Origin: Rhodospirillales bacterium
Lineage (GTDB): Bacteria; Pseudomonadota; Alphaproteobacteria; Rhodospirillales; UBA2165
NCBI GenBank assembly: GCA_012960465.1
Contig: DUBF01000148.1
Span: 8,982 to 72,981, forward strand
Reading direction: 5' to 3'
DNA length: 64,000 nucleotides
The notes beneath the pieces were generated by a model. It had not been told where the DNA came from. It did no database searches and worked only from the letters and a program-made list of their open reading frames with translations. Position numbers and translations under genes: made by a program. Below, piece after piece: positions 49,262 to 59,885 of this stretch; the first letter of the stretch is position 1; the number at the start of each line of letters is the position of its first letter.

Positions 49262-50338
49262 ATGAAAGTGGAGCCAGTTGTGCGTTTTGGCATTCAATTT
49301 TTTCCAGATCAACGGGAAGATGAAAAATCTCCAGTGCAATATTACGATGAAGCCATGCATCTCGTCGGTCTTTGCGACGAATATGGGTATTCTCATGTTA
49401 GAACTGTTGAGCATTACTTTCACCATTGGGGGGGGTATAGCTCAAATCCAATTATCTTTCTGACAGCGGCGTGTCAGCACACTAAGACAGCAAGAATGGT
49501 AACGGGCGCTGTTTTGCCGGCATTCAACTCACCTCTGAAACTTGCGAGTGATTTATGTATGCTTGATGCGTTTTCGAACGGCCGGTTGGATGTGGGATTT
49601 GCTCGGGCTTTTTTACCGCAAGAGTTTCGGCATTTTGAGGTCGATATGGACGAAAGTGTTGAACGTTTTGAAGAAGGTATTAAACAAGTTCAGTTGCTTA
49701 TGGAGGGAGAGAACGTTACCTCTAAAGGTAAATTCCATAGCTTTGAAAATGTTACTACGATGCCTCGGCCGACGCAGTTACCACGTCCAAATTTCTACGT
49801 AGCAGCAGTTGGTACGCTAGCATCATTTGAACGTGCGGGTAAGATGGGGCATTGGATCATGGCAATTCCCGGAGTTGGTTCTGATCCCATTGCGCTTTTG
49901 GAAACGTATAGAGATGCATGGACGAAAGCCAAGCATCCTGGCAAGCCAAAGATGATGATGGCCGTTTTTATGTTTTGTCATGAAGATGGAGACGAAGCAC
50001 GGCGGATTGCAAAACCGCATATAGAGGGTCATTTTGCGCAGATTGTGGATGCGATGATGGAATACACTGATGGCTCACCTTCAAACGCTTACAAGAACTA
50101 TGATGTATTAAGGAAAAAAATAGCTACTCAAACATTGGAAAGCCAAATTGAAAGTGGGGCAGCTTTTGTTGGTAACCCATCGGAGATAATCAAGCAGTTG
50201 AAAGTTTTTAATAAGGCTTGTGGAGGTTGTGATGAATTATCGCTTCAAGTAAACCCCTTTGGATTGAAACTTAATGCGGCTGAGGCGTCCATGAGACTTT
50301 TTGGTACAGAAGTGATGCCTTATTTTAAAAATAATTAA
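49262..50338 (+). CDS. Luciferase-like (LLM) flavin-dependent monooxygenase
   Basis: VEHYF, LDAFSNGRLDVGFAR, PRPTQ.P.P and FVGNPSE motifs. Confidence 0.88.
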   Translation: MKVEPVVRFGIQFFPDQREDEKSPVQYYDEAMHLVGLCDEYGYSHVRTVEHYFHHWGGYSSNPIIFLTAACQHTKTARMVTGAVLPAFNSPLKLASDLCMLDAFSNGRLDVGFARAFLPQEFRHFEVDMDESVERFEEGIKQVQLLMEGENVTSKGKFHSFENVTTMPRPTQLPRPNFYVAAVGTLASFERAGKMGHWIMAIPGVGSDPIALLETYRDAWTKAKHPGKPKMMMAVFMFCHEDGDEARRIAKPHIEGHFAQIVDAMMEYTDGSPSNAYKNYDVLRKKIATQTLESQIESGAAFVGNPSEIIKQLKVFNKACGGCDELSLQVNPFGLKLNAAEASMRLFGTEVMPYFKNN

Positions 50339-50351
50339 AAGGAATGATACT

Positions 50352-51362
50352 GTGGATACATTTCTAAAAGAAATTCAGGCACACGATTTGGCTCCTTTGT
50401 GGGAGGTTTATGAGAATATTGTTTTGAATGAACCGTCGCGATCTGAACCATCAATAATATGGAAGTGGACAGAAATGCTGCCTCTAATCGAAAAATCAGC
50501 TGAGCTTGTTCAAGGAAGTCACGCAGACCATCGTGTGCTTATCCTTAAAAACCCTAAACTCGATGGCAAAATGGCAACAACCACTAATATTCTAGCAGCC
50601 TTTCAATGCGTGAACCCGGGCGAGGAAACTTCTCCTCACCGTCACACTCCAGCCGCTACTCGAGTAATTATAGAAGGATCTGGTGGCAGTACGTTTGTTG
50701 ATGGTAAACGGTGTGAGATGTTTGAGGGAGATCTCATCATTACGCCTAATTGGACGTGGCATTGCCATAAAAACGACAGCAGTAAGAGAATTATCTGGTT
50801 AGATGTACTAGACATTCCATTGGTTGGTTCGTTAGACGCAGTTTTTAGCGATATGAAAATGCAACCAGAAAATCATTTCCCGGATAATAGGGCTATGATA
50901 TCTGATGATGCGTATGCAGGAGGAGGACTTGTACCTGTTAGTAATCTTATGCATGTCAATCATTCACCTCGTTTACGCTACGCCTTTGAAGATGTTCTCG
51001 TTGCGATAAAAAATACGCCTAAATCAGATGATGGCATCCAGTCGATCAATTATACTAATCCAGTTGACGGTAGTGGCATTTTGCCAACTCATGATGCAAA
51101 AATTTGCTCTTTAGGTAGAAACATTAAAACAGCAACATTACGTTCTACCGCAAATGCGGTGTGTATCGTTATAAAAGGCAATGGCTATAGTCAAATTGGT
51201 GATGTCGCTCATCAATGGGGGCCTAAAGATATCTTTACGATACCCCATTGGTCATGGGCAACTCACACAGCTTCTAGTGAAGAAACGCTTCTTATTGTGA
51301 TCTCTGACCGCCAAGTTATGGAAAAACTGGGTTTATACCGTGAGGAAGCATTAGAATCTTAG
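50352..51362 (+). CDS. Gentisate 1,2-dioxygenase-like bicupin
   Basis: PLWE, RVLILKNP, HRHT, TPNWTWHCH and WLDVLDIP motifs; the second cupin lacks metal ligands. Confidence 0.85.
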   Translation: MDTFLKEIQAHDLAPLWEVYENIVLNEPSRSEPSIIWKWTEMLPLIEKSAELVQGSHADHRVLILKNPKLDGKMATTTNILAAFQCVNPGEETSPHRHTPAATRVIIEGSGGSTFVDGKRCEMFEGDLIITPNWTWHCHKNDSSKRIIWLDVLDIPLVGSLDAVFSDMKMQPENHFPDNRAMISDDAYAGGGLVPVSNLMHVNHSPRLRYAFEDVLVAIKNTPKSDDGIQSINYTNPVDGSGILPTHDAKICSLGRNIKTATLRSTANAVCIVIKGNGYSQIGDVAHQWGPKDIFTIPHWSWATHTASSEETLLIVISDRQVMEKLGLYREEALES

Positions 51363-51438
51363 TTGTAAATTTTTTTGGGTGTTGGTTGCGGAATGTATAA
51401 CTTCATAGTTCACTTATCATCGTCAAATTAGAGCTATC

Positions 51439-52383
51439 GTGAGGAAAATTAATCTTAGTTTGCCTCGGTCAATTTTAATTATCGCGGGACCAACGGCCAG
51501 TGGAAAGTCGGGTTTTTCTCTCGAAGTTGCTGACAAGTATGATGGCGTAATTATTAATTGTGACTCGATGCAGGTCTATAGCGAACTACAAATCATCACG
51601 GCACGTCCGTCGATTGTAGATGAACGCGATATACCCCATAAACTTTATGGTATGATTTCTGTGGCCGATTTCTTTTCCGTTGGTATCTGGCGCGATTTAG
51701 CCATAAATGAAATTAAGGCTTGTTGGCAGTCTGGCAAGCTTCCTATTATTACTGGTGGCACCGGGCTCTATATAAAGGCATTGATGGAAGGTTTAACTCA
51801 AATACCTGCCGTTTCTAGAGAAATTAGAGAGGAGGTAATTGCGCGTCGCAAAAAAATTGGAGTTGAAGCCTTTCATCTCGAATTAAGAGGGTTTGATCCA
51901 GTGTCAGCAGAACGCCTTAATAAATCAGATAGTCAGCGAGTAATACGGGCGTATGAGGTGTATGTTGCAACGGAACGTTCGTTGAGTGATTGGCATAAAC
52001 AGGAGCGGATAGCGGAGCCACTTTCTGCGCACTATCAATCAATAATATTCGAGCCGCCAAGAGATTTACTTTATGCCAAATGTGAGGATCGCCTCGATTT
52101 GATGGTAGAGAACGGTGCGTTGGATGAGGTGCGTGCCTTAGTGGATATTAACCTTGATCCAATGCGCCCAGCTATGAAAGCTCTTGGTGTCTCCGAGTTT
52201 TTGGCGTACTTGAATAATGATATAACGTTAGAGGAAGCTCTAAATGCAGCAAAGCAATCCACTAGACGTTATGCAAAACGTCAAATGACCTGGTTCCGCA
52301 ATCAAATAGTTCAAGATTATAGGTTAAATGCGCAATATTCGAAAAGTTTAATACCAGAAATCTTTTCAAATATTATAAAATAG
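51439..52383 (+). CDS. miaA: tRNA dimethylallyltransferase
   Basis: GPTASGKS, DSMQVY, GGTGLY and TRRYAKRQMTW motifs. Confidence 0.96.
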   Translation: MRKINLSLPRSILIIAGPTASGKSGFSLEVADKYDGVIINCDSMQVYSELQIITARPSIVDERDIPHKLYGMISVADFFSVGIWRDLAINEIKACWQSGKLPIITGGTGLYIKALMEGLTQIPAVSREIREEVIARRKKIGVEAFHLELRGFDPVSAERLNKSDSQRVIRAYEVYVATERSLSDWHKQERIAEPLSAHYQSIIFEPPRDLLYAKCEDRLDLMVENGALDEVRALVDINLDPMRPAMKALGVSEFLAYLNNDITLEEALNAAKQSTRRYAKRQMTWFRNQIVQDYRLNAQYSKSLIPEIFSNIIK

Positions 52384-52386
52384 GTA

Positions 52387-52415
52387 TTGACCCCAGATAG
52401 GATTAGGTATAGTTT
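52387..52415 (+). promoter_or_regulatory. Putative sigma70 promoter for the ilv operon
   Basis: TTGACC followed 15-17 bp later by TATAGT or TAGTTT. Confidence 0.35.
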
Positions 52416-52539
52416 CCGGCGGAATTGCGCCAGAATAGCTCTTCTGCTTTTGATTTTTTGGGGAGTTAGTTGGCGTTGGTTTTTTTATTTTGTAACTAAC
52501 CAGGAAGAAGTCGCTTAAATTGGCGTTGGAGAAAAGAAA

Positions 52540-54294
52540 ATGTCGAGTAACCAATATACTGGCGGTGAGATTATTCTCAAAGCATTAGCTGACCAAGATG
52601 TTGAAGTCGTATTTGGTTATCCGGGTGGTGTTACACTGCCGCTTTATAACGATATGTATAAGCAAAATAGTCTGCGGCATGTCCTTGTTGGTCATGAACA
52701 AGGAGCAGTACATGCTGCCGAGGGTTACGCGCGTTCAACAGGTAAAACCGGTGTTGCAATGGCAACTTCTGGTCCGGGCGCAACCAATACAGTTACAGGT
52801 TTGGTAGATGCCTTGATGGATAGTATTCCGCTAGTTTGTCTAACGGGTCAAGTTGTTAGCCATCTAATTGGAAACGATGCGTTTCAGGAAGCCGATACCA
52901 CGGGTATCACGCGGCCAGCTACGAAACACAATTATTTGGTAAAATCGACAGATGAACTTGCTCGAGTTATCCATGAAGCATTTTATATTGCAGCAAATGG
53001 TCGTCCAGGACCCGTTTTAATTGATATTCCAAAGGATATAATAATGAATATGGGTACTTATGTTGGTCCCGAAGGTATTGAGCCTCGCAACTATAAACCT
53101 CAAATTAGTGGAGACCGAAAAAAAATTGAAGCCGCAGTTGATATGATAGCAAATGCAGAGCGTCCCCTTATTTATGCCGGCGGTGGAGTGATCAATTCCG
53201 GTCCTGAGGCATCTCATTTATTACAGAAGTTTGTCAAAATGACTGGCTATCCTTGTACTACAACATTAATGGCATTAGGTGCCTATCCAACAACAGATGA
53301 TCAGTTTATTGGTATGCCGGGTATGCATGGTACCTACGAAGCTAACCTCGCAATGCACGGATGTGATATTATGTTTAATATTGGAGCGCGCTTCGATGAT
53401 CGGGTGACCGGTAATACGGCGCTTTTCTCTCCTAATAGTAAGAAAATTCATGTCGATATTGATCCTTCTTCTATTAACAAAAATATTGTAGTTGATATCG
53501 CGATTATAGGAGACGTGACGAATGTGTTATCCGATTTGATAACCATCTGGAATCAAAAACAACCGAAGCTTAATCAAAATGCTATCGAGAACTGGTGGAA
53601 TGTAATTGGAGAATGGCGTTCTGCTGACTCGCTTGGATTTGAGCAAGATTTTAAAGAGTCGATTAAGCCACAATACGCCTTAAGTCAATTAAGTGAATCT
53701 TTGAATGGAACCGATTATTTCGTTACGACAGATGTTGGACAGCACCAAATGTGGGCTGCTCAGTATATTCAATTTTCTGAACCAAATCGCTGGATGACGT
53801 CTGGTGGTCTCGGTACTATGGGATATGGCATTCCAGCAGCTATGGGTGTACAAGTTGCACACCCTGATGCAGCTGTAGTTTGTGTGACCTCGGAAGGTTC
53901 AATGATGATGAACGTTCAAGAAATGGCAACTATTGCAAAAGAAGGCCTTCCAGTTAAAATACTCTGTTTGTATAATCAAGTGCTTGGTATGATCCGGCAA
54001 TGGCAGGAATTATTTCATGAAAATAACGAATCTGAATGTGATTTAAGTAACGGACCTGATTATATTAAACTGGCGGAAGCCATGGGTTTTAGTGCGTTAG
54101 AGTGTCAAAAAGCCGATGACGTTAATGGTTCGATTAATAAAATGCTTGAAATTAAAGGACCAGTATTTTTATTGATGCACACAGATCGAGCAGAAAATGT
54201 TTTTCCCATGATCCCATCTGGAGCTGCCCATAATGAAATTGTTCTGGCTCCCAATAATAAAACGAAATTTGTTAAAGATAAAGAAATGGCTTAA
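52540..54294 (+). CDS. ilvB: Acetolactate synthase large subunit
   Basis: [39 protein letters not shown] and SGGLGTMG motifs. Confidence 0.95.
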   Translation: MSSNQYTGGEIILKALADQDVEVVFGYPGGVTLPLYNDMYKQNSLRHVLVGHEQGAVHAAEGYARSTGKTGVAMATSGPGATNTVTGLVDALMDSIPLVCLTGQVVSHLIGNDAFQEADTTGITRPATKHNYLVKSTDELARVIHEAFYIAANGRPGPVLIDIPKDIIMNMGTYVGPEGIEPRNYKPQISGDRKKIEAAVDMIANAERPLIYAGGGVINSGPEASHLLQKFVKMTGYPCTTTLMALGAYPTTDDQFIGMPGMHGTYEANLAMHGCDIMFNIGARFDDRVTGNTALFSPNSKKIHVDIDPSSINKNIVVDIAIIGDVTNVLSDLITIWNQKQPKLNQNAIENWWNVIGEWRSADSLGFEQDFKESIKPQYALSQLSESLNGTDYFVTTDVGQHQMWAAQYIQFSEPNRWMTSGGLGTMGYGIPAAMGVQVAHPDAAVVCVTSEGSMMMNVQEMATIAKEGLPVKILCLYNQVLGMIRQWQELFHENNESECDLSNGPDYIKLAEAMGFSALECQKADDVNGSINKMLEIKGPVFLLMHTDRAENVFPMIPSGAAHNEIVLAPNNKTKFVKDKEMA

Positions 54295-54319
54295 GAATTT
54301 TGTGCTAGGGTAAATAAAA

Positions 54320-54838
54320 TTGACTGATAATTTGAATAGTGGTGAGCAAAATCATACGTTCTCAGTTCTTGTTGAAAATGAGGCTGGGGTTTTGGCGCGT
54401 GTGATTGGCCTATTATCTGGCCGAGGGTACAACATTGAAAGTTTAACAGTTGCTGAGGTTGATAAAGACGAGCATTTTTCTAAAATAACTCTTGTAAGTT
54501 CGGGTACCGAAATGGTGCTTGAGCAAATTCGTACTCAGCTTGAGCGTTTAGTGCCAGTGCGAGCGGTCGCAAATTTGACTATTGATGGGCCTTCTGTCGA
54601 GCGAGAACTCGCTTTGATAAAAGTAGCTGGAGGTGATAAAATGCGGGCTCAATGTTTGGAAGTAGCAGATACTTTTCAGGCAAATGTTATAGACAGTACA
54701 CCAGAATCTTGTGTTTTTGAAGTTGTAGAAAGTACAGAAAAGATGGATGCTTTTATTAATTTAATGAAGCCGCTTGGTTTGGTGGATGTATCACGTTCAG
54801 GTGTGGTAGCCATTTCGCGCGGTTCAGAACCAATTTAA
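54320..54838 (+). CDS. ilvN: Acetolactate synthase small subunit
   Basis: ACT domain VENEAGVLARV..L.SGRGYNIESL; ERELALIKV. Confidence 0.95.
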   Translation: MTDNLNSGEQNHTFSVLVENEAGVLARVIGLLSGRGYNIESLTVAEVDKDEHFSKITLVSSGTEMVLEQIRTQLERLVPVRAVANLTIDGPSVERELALIKVAGGDKMRAQCLEVADTFQANVIDSTPESCVFEVVESTEKMDAFINLMKPLGLVDVSRSGVVAISRGSEPI

Positions 54839-54867
54839 ACGGCCTCCCAGGGCTATAGGCTAATTGA

Positions 54868-55914
<1,047 letters not shown>

Positions 55915-55940
55915 GTTCCTAATAATATAGAAAATTAGAT

Positions 55941-55975
55941 AAATAAAAGGGTGCTTTATGAGCACCCTTTTATTT
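55941..55975 (+). terminator. Rho-independent terminator after ilvC
   Basis: Perfect inverted repeat AAATAAAAGGGTGCT-TTATG-AGCACCCTTTTATTT. Confidence 0.88.
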
Positions 55976-56105
55976 AACCTGGCTGCTATATTAACTAAAT
56001 AATGCTAATTAAAAGCGATTAGAGAGATGTGAGAATTTTGGAAAACTTTAAGATCTTTATTCGTAAATTGTTTAACAATTAATTATCTTATATTAAGCTC
56101 AGATA

Positions 56106-56528
56106 ATGATTGAAGTTACGCCTTATATTTCACTTTCAGATAACGAGATTGAAGAGAAATTCATTCGATCACCAGGGGCTGGAGGTCAAAAAGTTAATAA
56201 GACGGCTACGTCAGTTCAGTTGCGGTTTAATGCCAAGAAAAGTTCCGCCTTAACTAGTGATTTGTTTTTAAGATTAAAACGACTAGCGGGTCAGCGCATG
56301 ACAAATTCTGGCGTTATTGTGATTACTGCGCATAAGTATTCTACACAGAAACAAAATCGTCAGGATGCGCTTCAGCGTCTAGTTAACTTGATCCGGAAAG
56401 TGGCTATTGTGCCGAAAGTGCGACGAAAGACTGCACCGACCCGGGGTTCCAATAAGCGTCGTTTGGATAGTAAACGGCAGAAAAGTAATATTAAAAAAGG
56501 AAGAGGCAGGCTCCGAAAGTTCGATTAA
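56106..56528 (+). CDS. arfB: Alternative ribosome rescue factor (peptidyl-tRNA hydrolase)
   Basis: GAGGQKVNK GGQ motif, Q..NR..A..RL and a basic C-terminal tail. Confidence 0.93.
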   Translation: MIEVTPYISLSDNEIEEKFIRSPGAGGQKVNKTATSVQLRFNAKKSSALTSDLFLRLKRLAGQRMTNSGVIVITAHKYSTQKQNRQDALQRLVNLIRKVAIVPKVRRKTAPTRGSNKRRLDSKRQKSNIKKGRGRLRKFD

Positions 56529-56569
56529 TATACTTAAATAACGCTATAATCTGTGCGGCGCACATTTCT

Positions 56570-57553
56570 TTATTTTTTTCTACGATTAAGCATTTTTTGC
56601 GAGAGTTTTGAGGCTCGGCCAGGGGTAGACCACGGGCATCTTGCAATACAAATAGCACACCCTAAAGCTTCACCAAATGTTGGTATGCATTTATCGAAAT
56701 CGACAAACCATTTATTGACACCGCGGACCATCTGTTTTTCTGAAAAAATTGCCCCGGGAGGGCATGCCTTTACACAGATTTGACAATTATTACAAAAATC
56801 TTCGGAGCCTATATCTCTCATTTGATCAGCGATCAGTGGCATATCTGTAGTTACTGCTGAAAGTCTAAAAGATGAGCCAAATTCACCATGTATCAAAGAG
56901 CCATGCTTGCCGAGTGTACCCATTCCTGCGTCAATAGCGGCCGGCACCATGCTTAGTGCCGATGCAAACGGCCCCGCCCATGGTTTAGCAAAGTACCCCT
57001 GACTGAGTATAAAATTGGTTAGTTCTCGGCAAACCCTAGCGGCACGATTATATTGACGCGCGACTTCAACCGGCGATTCTGGTTTCTCGAGACTTGCCGG
57101 TACTTTGTCGAGCTCCGCATGATCCATGGTAACACCAACAATAATAACCCAAGGTTCATCTATCCGATATCCTTCGTAGATATAATGTGGATCCATTTTA
57201 GTGATACGGACATCATCACCTTCATGGCAGAGGGTAAATTCTTTAATTGCCATTACCCATTCTTCGGCAGATTTTTCAATAATAGTTTGTGCTTTTTCAA
57301 TTGTTTTGGGGCCACGTGCTGCATTACTACTGTAGTGCTCAACAATTGCGGGAGATCGTCTCTGGATATCAACAACTTCAGTTTGTAATTCGCCAAAGGC
57401 GTGTTTGTCGTGAGGATGCCAAAAAAAGGGGGATGGGCTTCTAATCTCCGTTTCGTTTAGGCCATTTACCGTATTACCAGAAACATCTGGAAAAAGTGCT
57501 TTAAAATCATCAGCAGTTTCAGGTAGTTTTTTTGGTTTTTGTAGATCTGTCAT
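56570..57553 (-). CDS. Reductive dehalogenase-like cobalamin/2x[4Fe-4S] protein
   Basis: AIDAGMGTLGKHG.LI..EFG..FRL..VTTDMPL cobalamin-binding segment; FCNNCQICVKACP and C-x9-CAICIARCP clusters; no TAT signal; ORF open to 57580. Confidence 0.75.
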   Translation of the reverse strand: MTDLQKPKKLPETADDFKALFPDVSGNTVNGLNETEIRSPSPFFWHPHDKHAFGELQTEVVDIQRRSPAIVEHYSSNAARGPKTIEKAQTIIEKSAEEWVMAIKEFTLCHEGDDVRITKMDPHYIYEGYRIDEPWVIIVGVTMDHAELDKVPASLEKPESPVEVARQYNRAARVCRELTNFILSQGYFAKPWAGPFASALSMVPAAIDAGMGTLGKHGSLIHGEFGSSFRLSAVTTDMPLIADQMRDIGSEDFCNNCQICVKACPPGAIFSEKQMVRGVNKWFVDFDKCIPTFGEALGCAICIARCPWSTPGRASKLSQKMLNRRKK

Positions 57554-57722
57554 GGCGCTATAGTGAAGATGTAGGACCAACCCATCAATACCTAATTATA
57601 TTTTTTAATATTCATAGTTTTTATTATTGTGGTTGTGATAATCAGTTTTCTAGGTTAAAAAACAGAATATTGGTTACTAAAATCGAATTATTCGACGAGC
57701 TAATTAAATAAAGGTTCTTTAT

Positions 57723-58493
57723 TTAACAGCTATGAATTTTCATTCTATCCTGCCATTCTATGCCTTTGCTCCAGGCTAACATGTTTTTAGCATCAGGTTC
57801 TTTTTTATCAATATATAAGACTGTTCGCCATGCTAGGCTCAGCATGCAAGACGTTACTGGCGGCCCCTCCCAATTTTTGCAATCTAGAATAGGCTGTAGT
57901 GTTGGCATTCCCGTGCCAAGCATCACGATTGCATCTATTTCTTTATTTTGGAGAGAGTATAAGGCTTCACTGCTACTATCTGCGCGAATACTATAGATCG
58001 GATGAAAATCGCTTTCATCATTATAAGTACTGGCAACTTCGGAAACTTCGAAACCAGCATTTTGCCAATAGCTTACACTGATCTTTGTTAAAGAAGCTGG
58101 GTATGGTGAAACTAATCCAATTTTTTTTGCGCCCAACGCATTAAATGAATCGGTTACTGCGCGCGCTGCTGTAACAAATTCGAAGCCCTTACTTTTCTTG
58201 ATTCGTTCACATATCTCGGTCTCTTTTTCTTGACCAATAAGATAGGAGGCGCCTGTGCAGCCAAAAGCAACAGCTTGTATAGGAGCATTTGCAAATTGAT
58301 CAAGTGTCACTTCAATCTGGTTCGTATAGTCAACCAGTCGATCTTCCATCTCTTTTTTACTGCTTGTTAGACGGGCATTCAGCATTGTTACGCCAGCAGG
58401 CCATAATATTCTAAACTCAGGCTCTACAGTGGTATTGGCTTGAGGTGTTAATACACCAACGAGACCACGTTTTGCATATTCTAGTTCGGTCAT
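57723..58493 (-). CDS. Asp/Glu racemase-fold protein (maleate isomerase / arylmalonate decarboxylase family), single catalytic Cys
   Basis: GVLTPQANTTVEPE, FGCTG, LVSPY and MLGTGMP motifs; ATG 58493. Confidence 0.8.
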   Translation of the reverse strand: MTELEYAKRGLVGVLTPQANTTVEPEFRILWPAGVTMLNARLTSSKKEMEDRLVDYTNQIEVTLDQFANAPIQAVAFGCTGASYLIGQEKETEICERIKKSKGFEFVTAARAVTDSFNALGAKKIGLVSPYPASLTKISVSYWQNAGFEVSEVASTYNDESDFHPIYSIRADSSSEALYSLQNKEIDAIVMLGTGMPTLQPILDCKNWEGPPVTSCMLSLAWRTVLYIDKKEPDAKNMLAWSKGIEWQDRMKIHSC

Positions 58494-58587
58494 TTTTATT
58501 AAGTCCACTGAGTTTTAATTATCTTTAGTTTATGACATTGTTACAGGTGAAAAACCATAATTTCAATTTATGGGCAAGGTCTTTAAT

Positions 58588-59805
58588 ATGTTAAAGCAAG
58601 CTAACGAGAAACGTATTTTAATAGTTGGGGGTGGTCCTGTAGGATTATTTGCAGCGACACGTTTGGTTGACTTTGGAATTCCGGTTATACTCATTGATAA
58701 AGCCTCACAGGTTAGTACTGATATCCGCGCCTCTACAATTCACCCACCTTCCCTGGAAATGATGGCGCCTTACGGTATTACAGACGAGATACTTGAGACA
58801 GGAATTAAAGTACCGCAATGGCAAATACGTAATCACGCTACGGGTGAAAGGGTTGTTTTTGATCTTAAGCATATCGCAGATAAAACTAAGTACCCGTACC
58901 GTGTGCAGTTTGAGCAAAGTAAAATTTGTGCAATCATGGATAGGAGGCTCCAGGATAATCAGTTAGCCGATATTCGGTATGGAACAGAATTTGTGTCGTT
59001 TGACCAGAATAGCGCTGGTGTTTCAATCAATGTTAATACGGCAGCAGGACCAGATAAAATCCATGGCCAATTTTTAATTGCAGCTGACGGGGGTGCTAGC
59101 CCAATTAGGGAACAGTTAGGACTAACTTTTGAAGGATCTACGTATTCTGAGAGAACTGTGTTGGTTACAACACCCTTTCCCTTCCATGAGCATATTGATG
59201 GATTGTCGAGTGTTAGCTATTGTTGGGAAAAAAAGGGTAATTTTAGTCTCCTGCAATTACCCGACCAATGGCGAGCTAGCCTCTGTTTTCCAGAAAATAT
59301 GTCACCTGATGCTGCTTTGGCGGATGAACACATCCAAAAACAACTTCATGTTATATGTCCAATTGGCGAGCCATTCGAAATCTATGATAAGCGTGTCTAT
59401 CGTGTTCATCAACGCATAGTATCTAAATATGATCATGGTCGAATTGCTTTGGCGGGTGATGCCGCGCATATTAATTCGCCATCTGGTGGTATGGGCATGA
59501 ATGGTGGCTTACATGATGCCCATGACTTGGCAGAAAAATTAAATCAGATTTGGCTAAGTGAAGATGAGTATATTTATTTTGATCTTCTTGGTCTTTATTC
59601 GCGCCAGCGAAAACCGATTGCCGAAGAGCAAATTATTAAGCAAGCTGATGAAAATTGTAAGCGCATGACGGAGAAGAACCATGAAAAGCGGCGAAAATCT
59701 CTAGATGAATTGCTAGATATCTCGAGCGACCCTGTAAAGTGTCGGGCTTTTCTATTGAAATCGTCGATGTTTGAAGGTTTGCGCCAGGCTTCACTTATTG
59801 AGTGA
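58588..59805 (+). CDS. Class A FAD-dependent monooxygenase (aromatic hydroxylase family)
   Basis: VGGGPVG, AADG and AGDAAHINSPSGGMGMNGG fingerprints; alternative start 58570. Confidence 0.88.
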   Translation: MLKQANEKRILIVGGGPVGLFAATRLVDFGIPVILIDKASQVSTDIRASTIHPPSLEMMAPYGITDEILETGIKVPQWQIRNHATGERVVFDLKHIADKTKYPYRVQFEQSKICAIMDRRLQDNQLADIRYGTEFVSFDQNSAGVSINVNTAAGPDKIHGQFLIAADGGASPIREQLGLTFEGSTYSERTVLVTTPFPFHEHIDGLSSVSYCWEKKGNFSLLQLPDQWRASLCFPENMSPDAALADEHIQKQLHVICPIGEPFEIYDKRVYRVHQRIVSKYDHGRIALAGDAAHINSPSGGMGMNGGLHDAHDLAEKLNQIWLSEDEYIYFDLLGLYSRQRKPIAEEQIIKQADENCKRMTEKNHEKRRKSLDELLDISSDPVKCRAFLLKSSMFEGLRQASLIE

Positions 59806-59885
59806 CATTAAATATTTGGCATTTCTGCAATACGTGAAAAATAAAGGTTAGAAAATTCAACTAGTAGAAAAATAGAGTGAATTTG

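Noticed and set aside
56570-57553. Assignment as epoxyqueuosine reductase QueG
   Set aside because: Lacks recognisable QueG motifs (DYH, GCDxCQxxCP); the spacing and motifs resemble RdhA more closely
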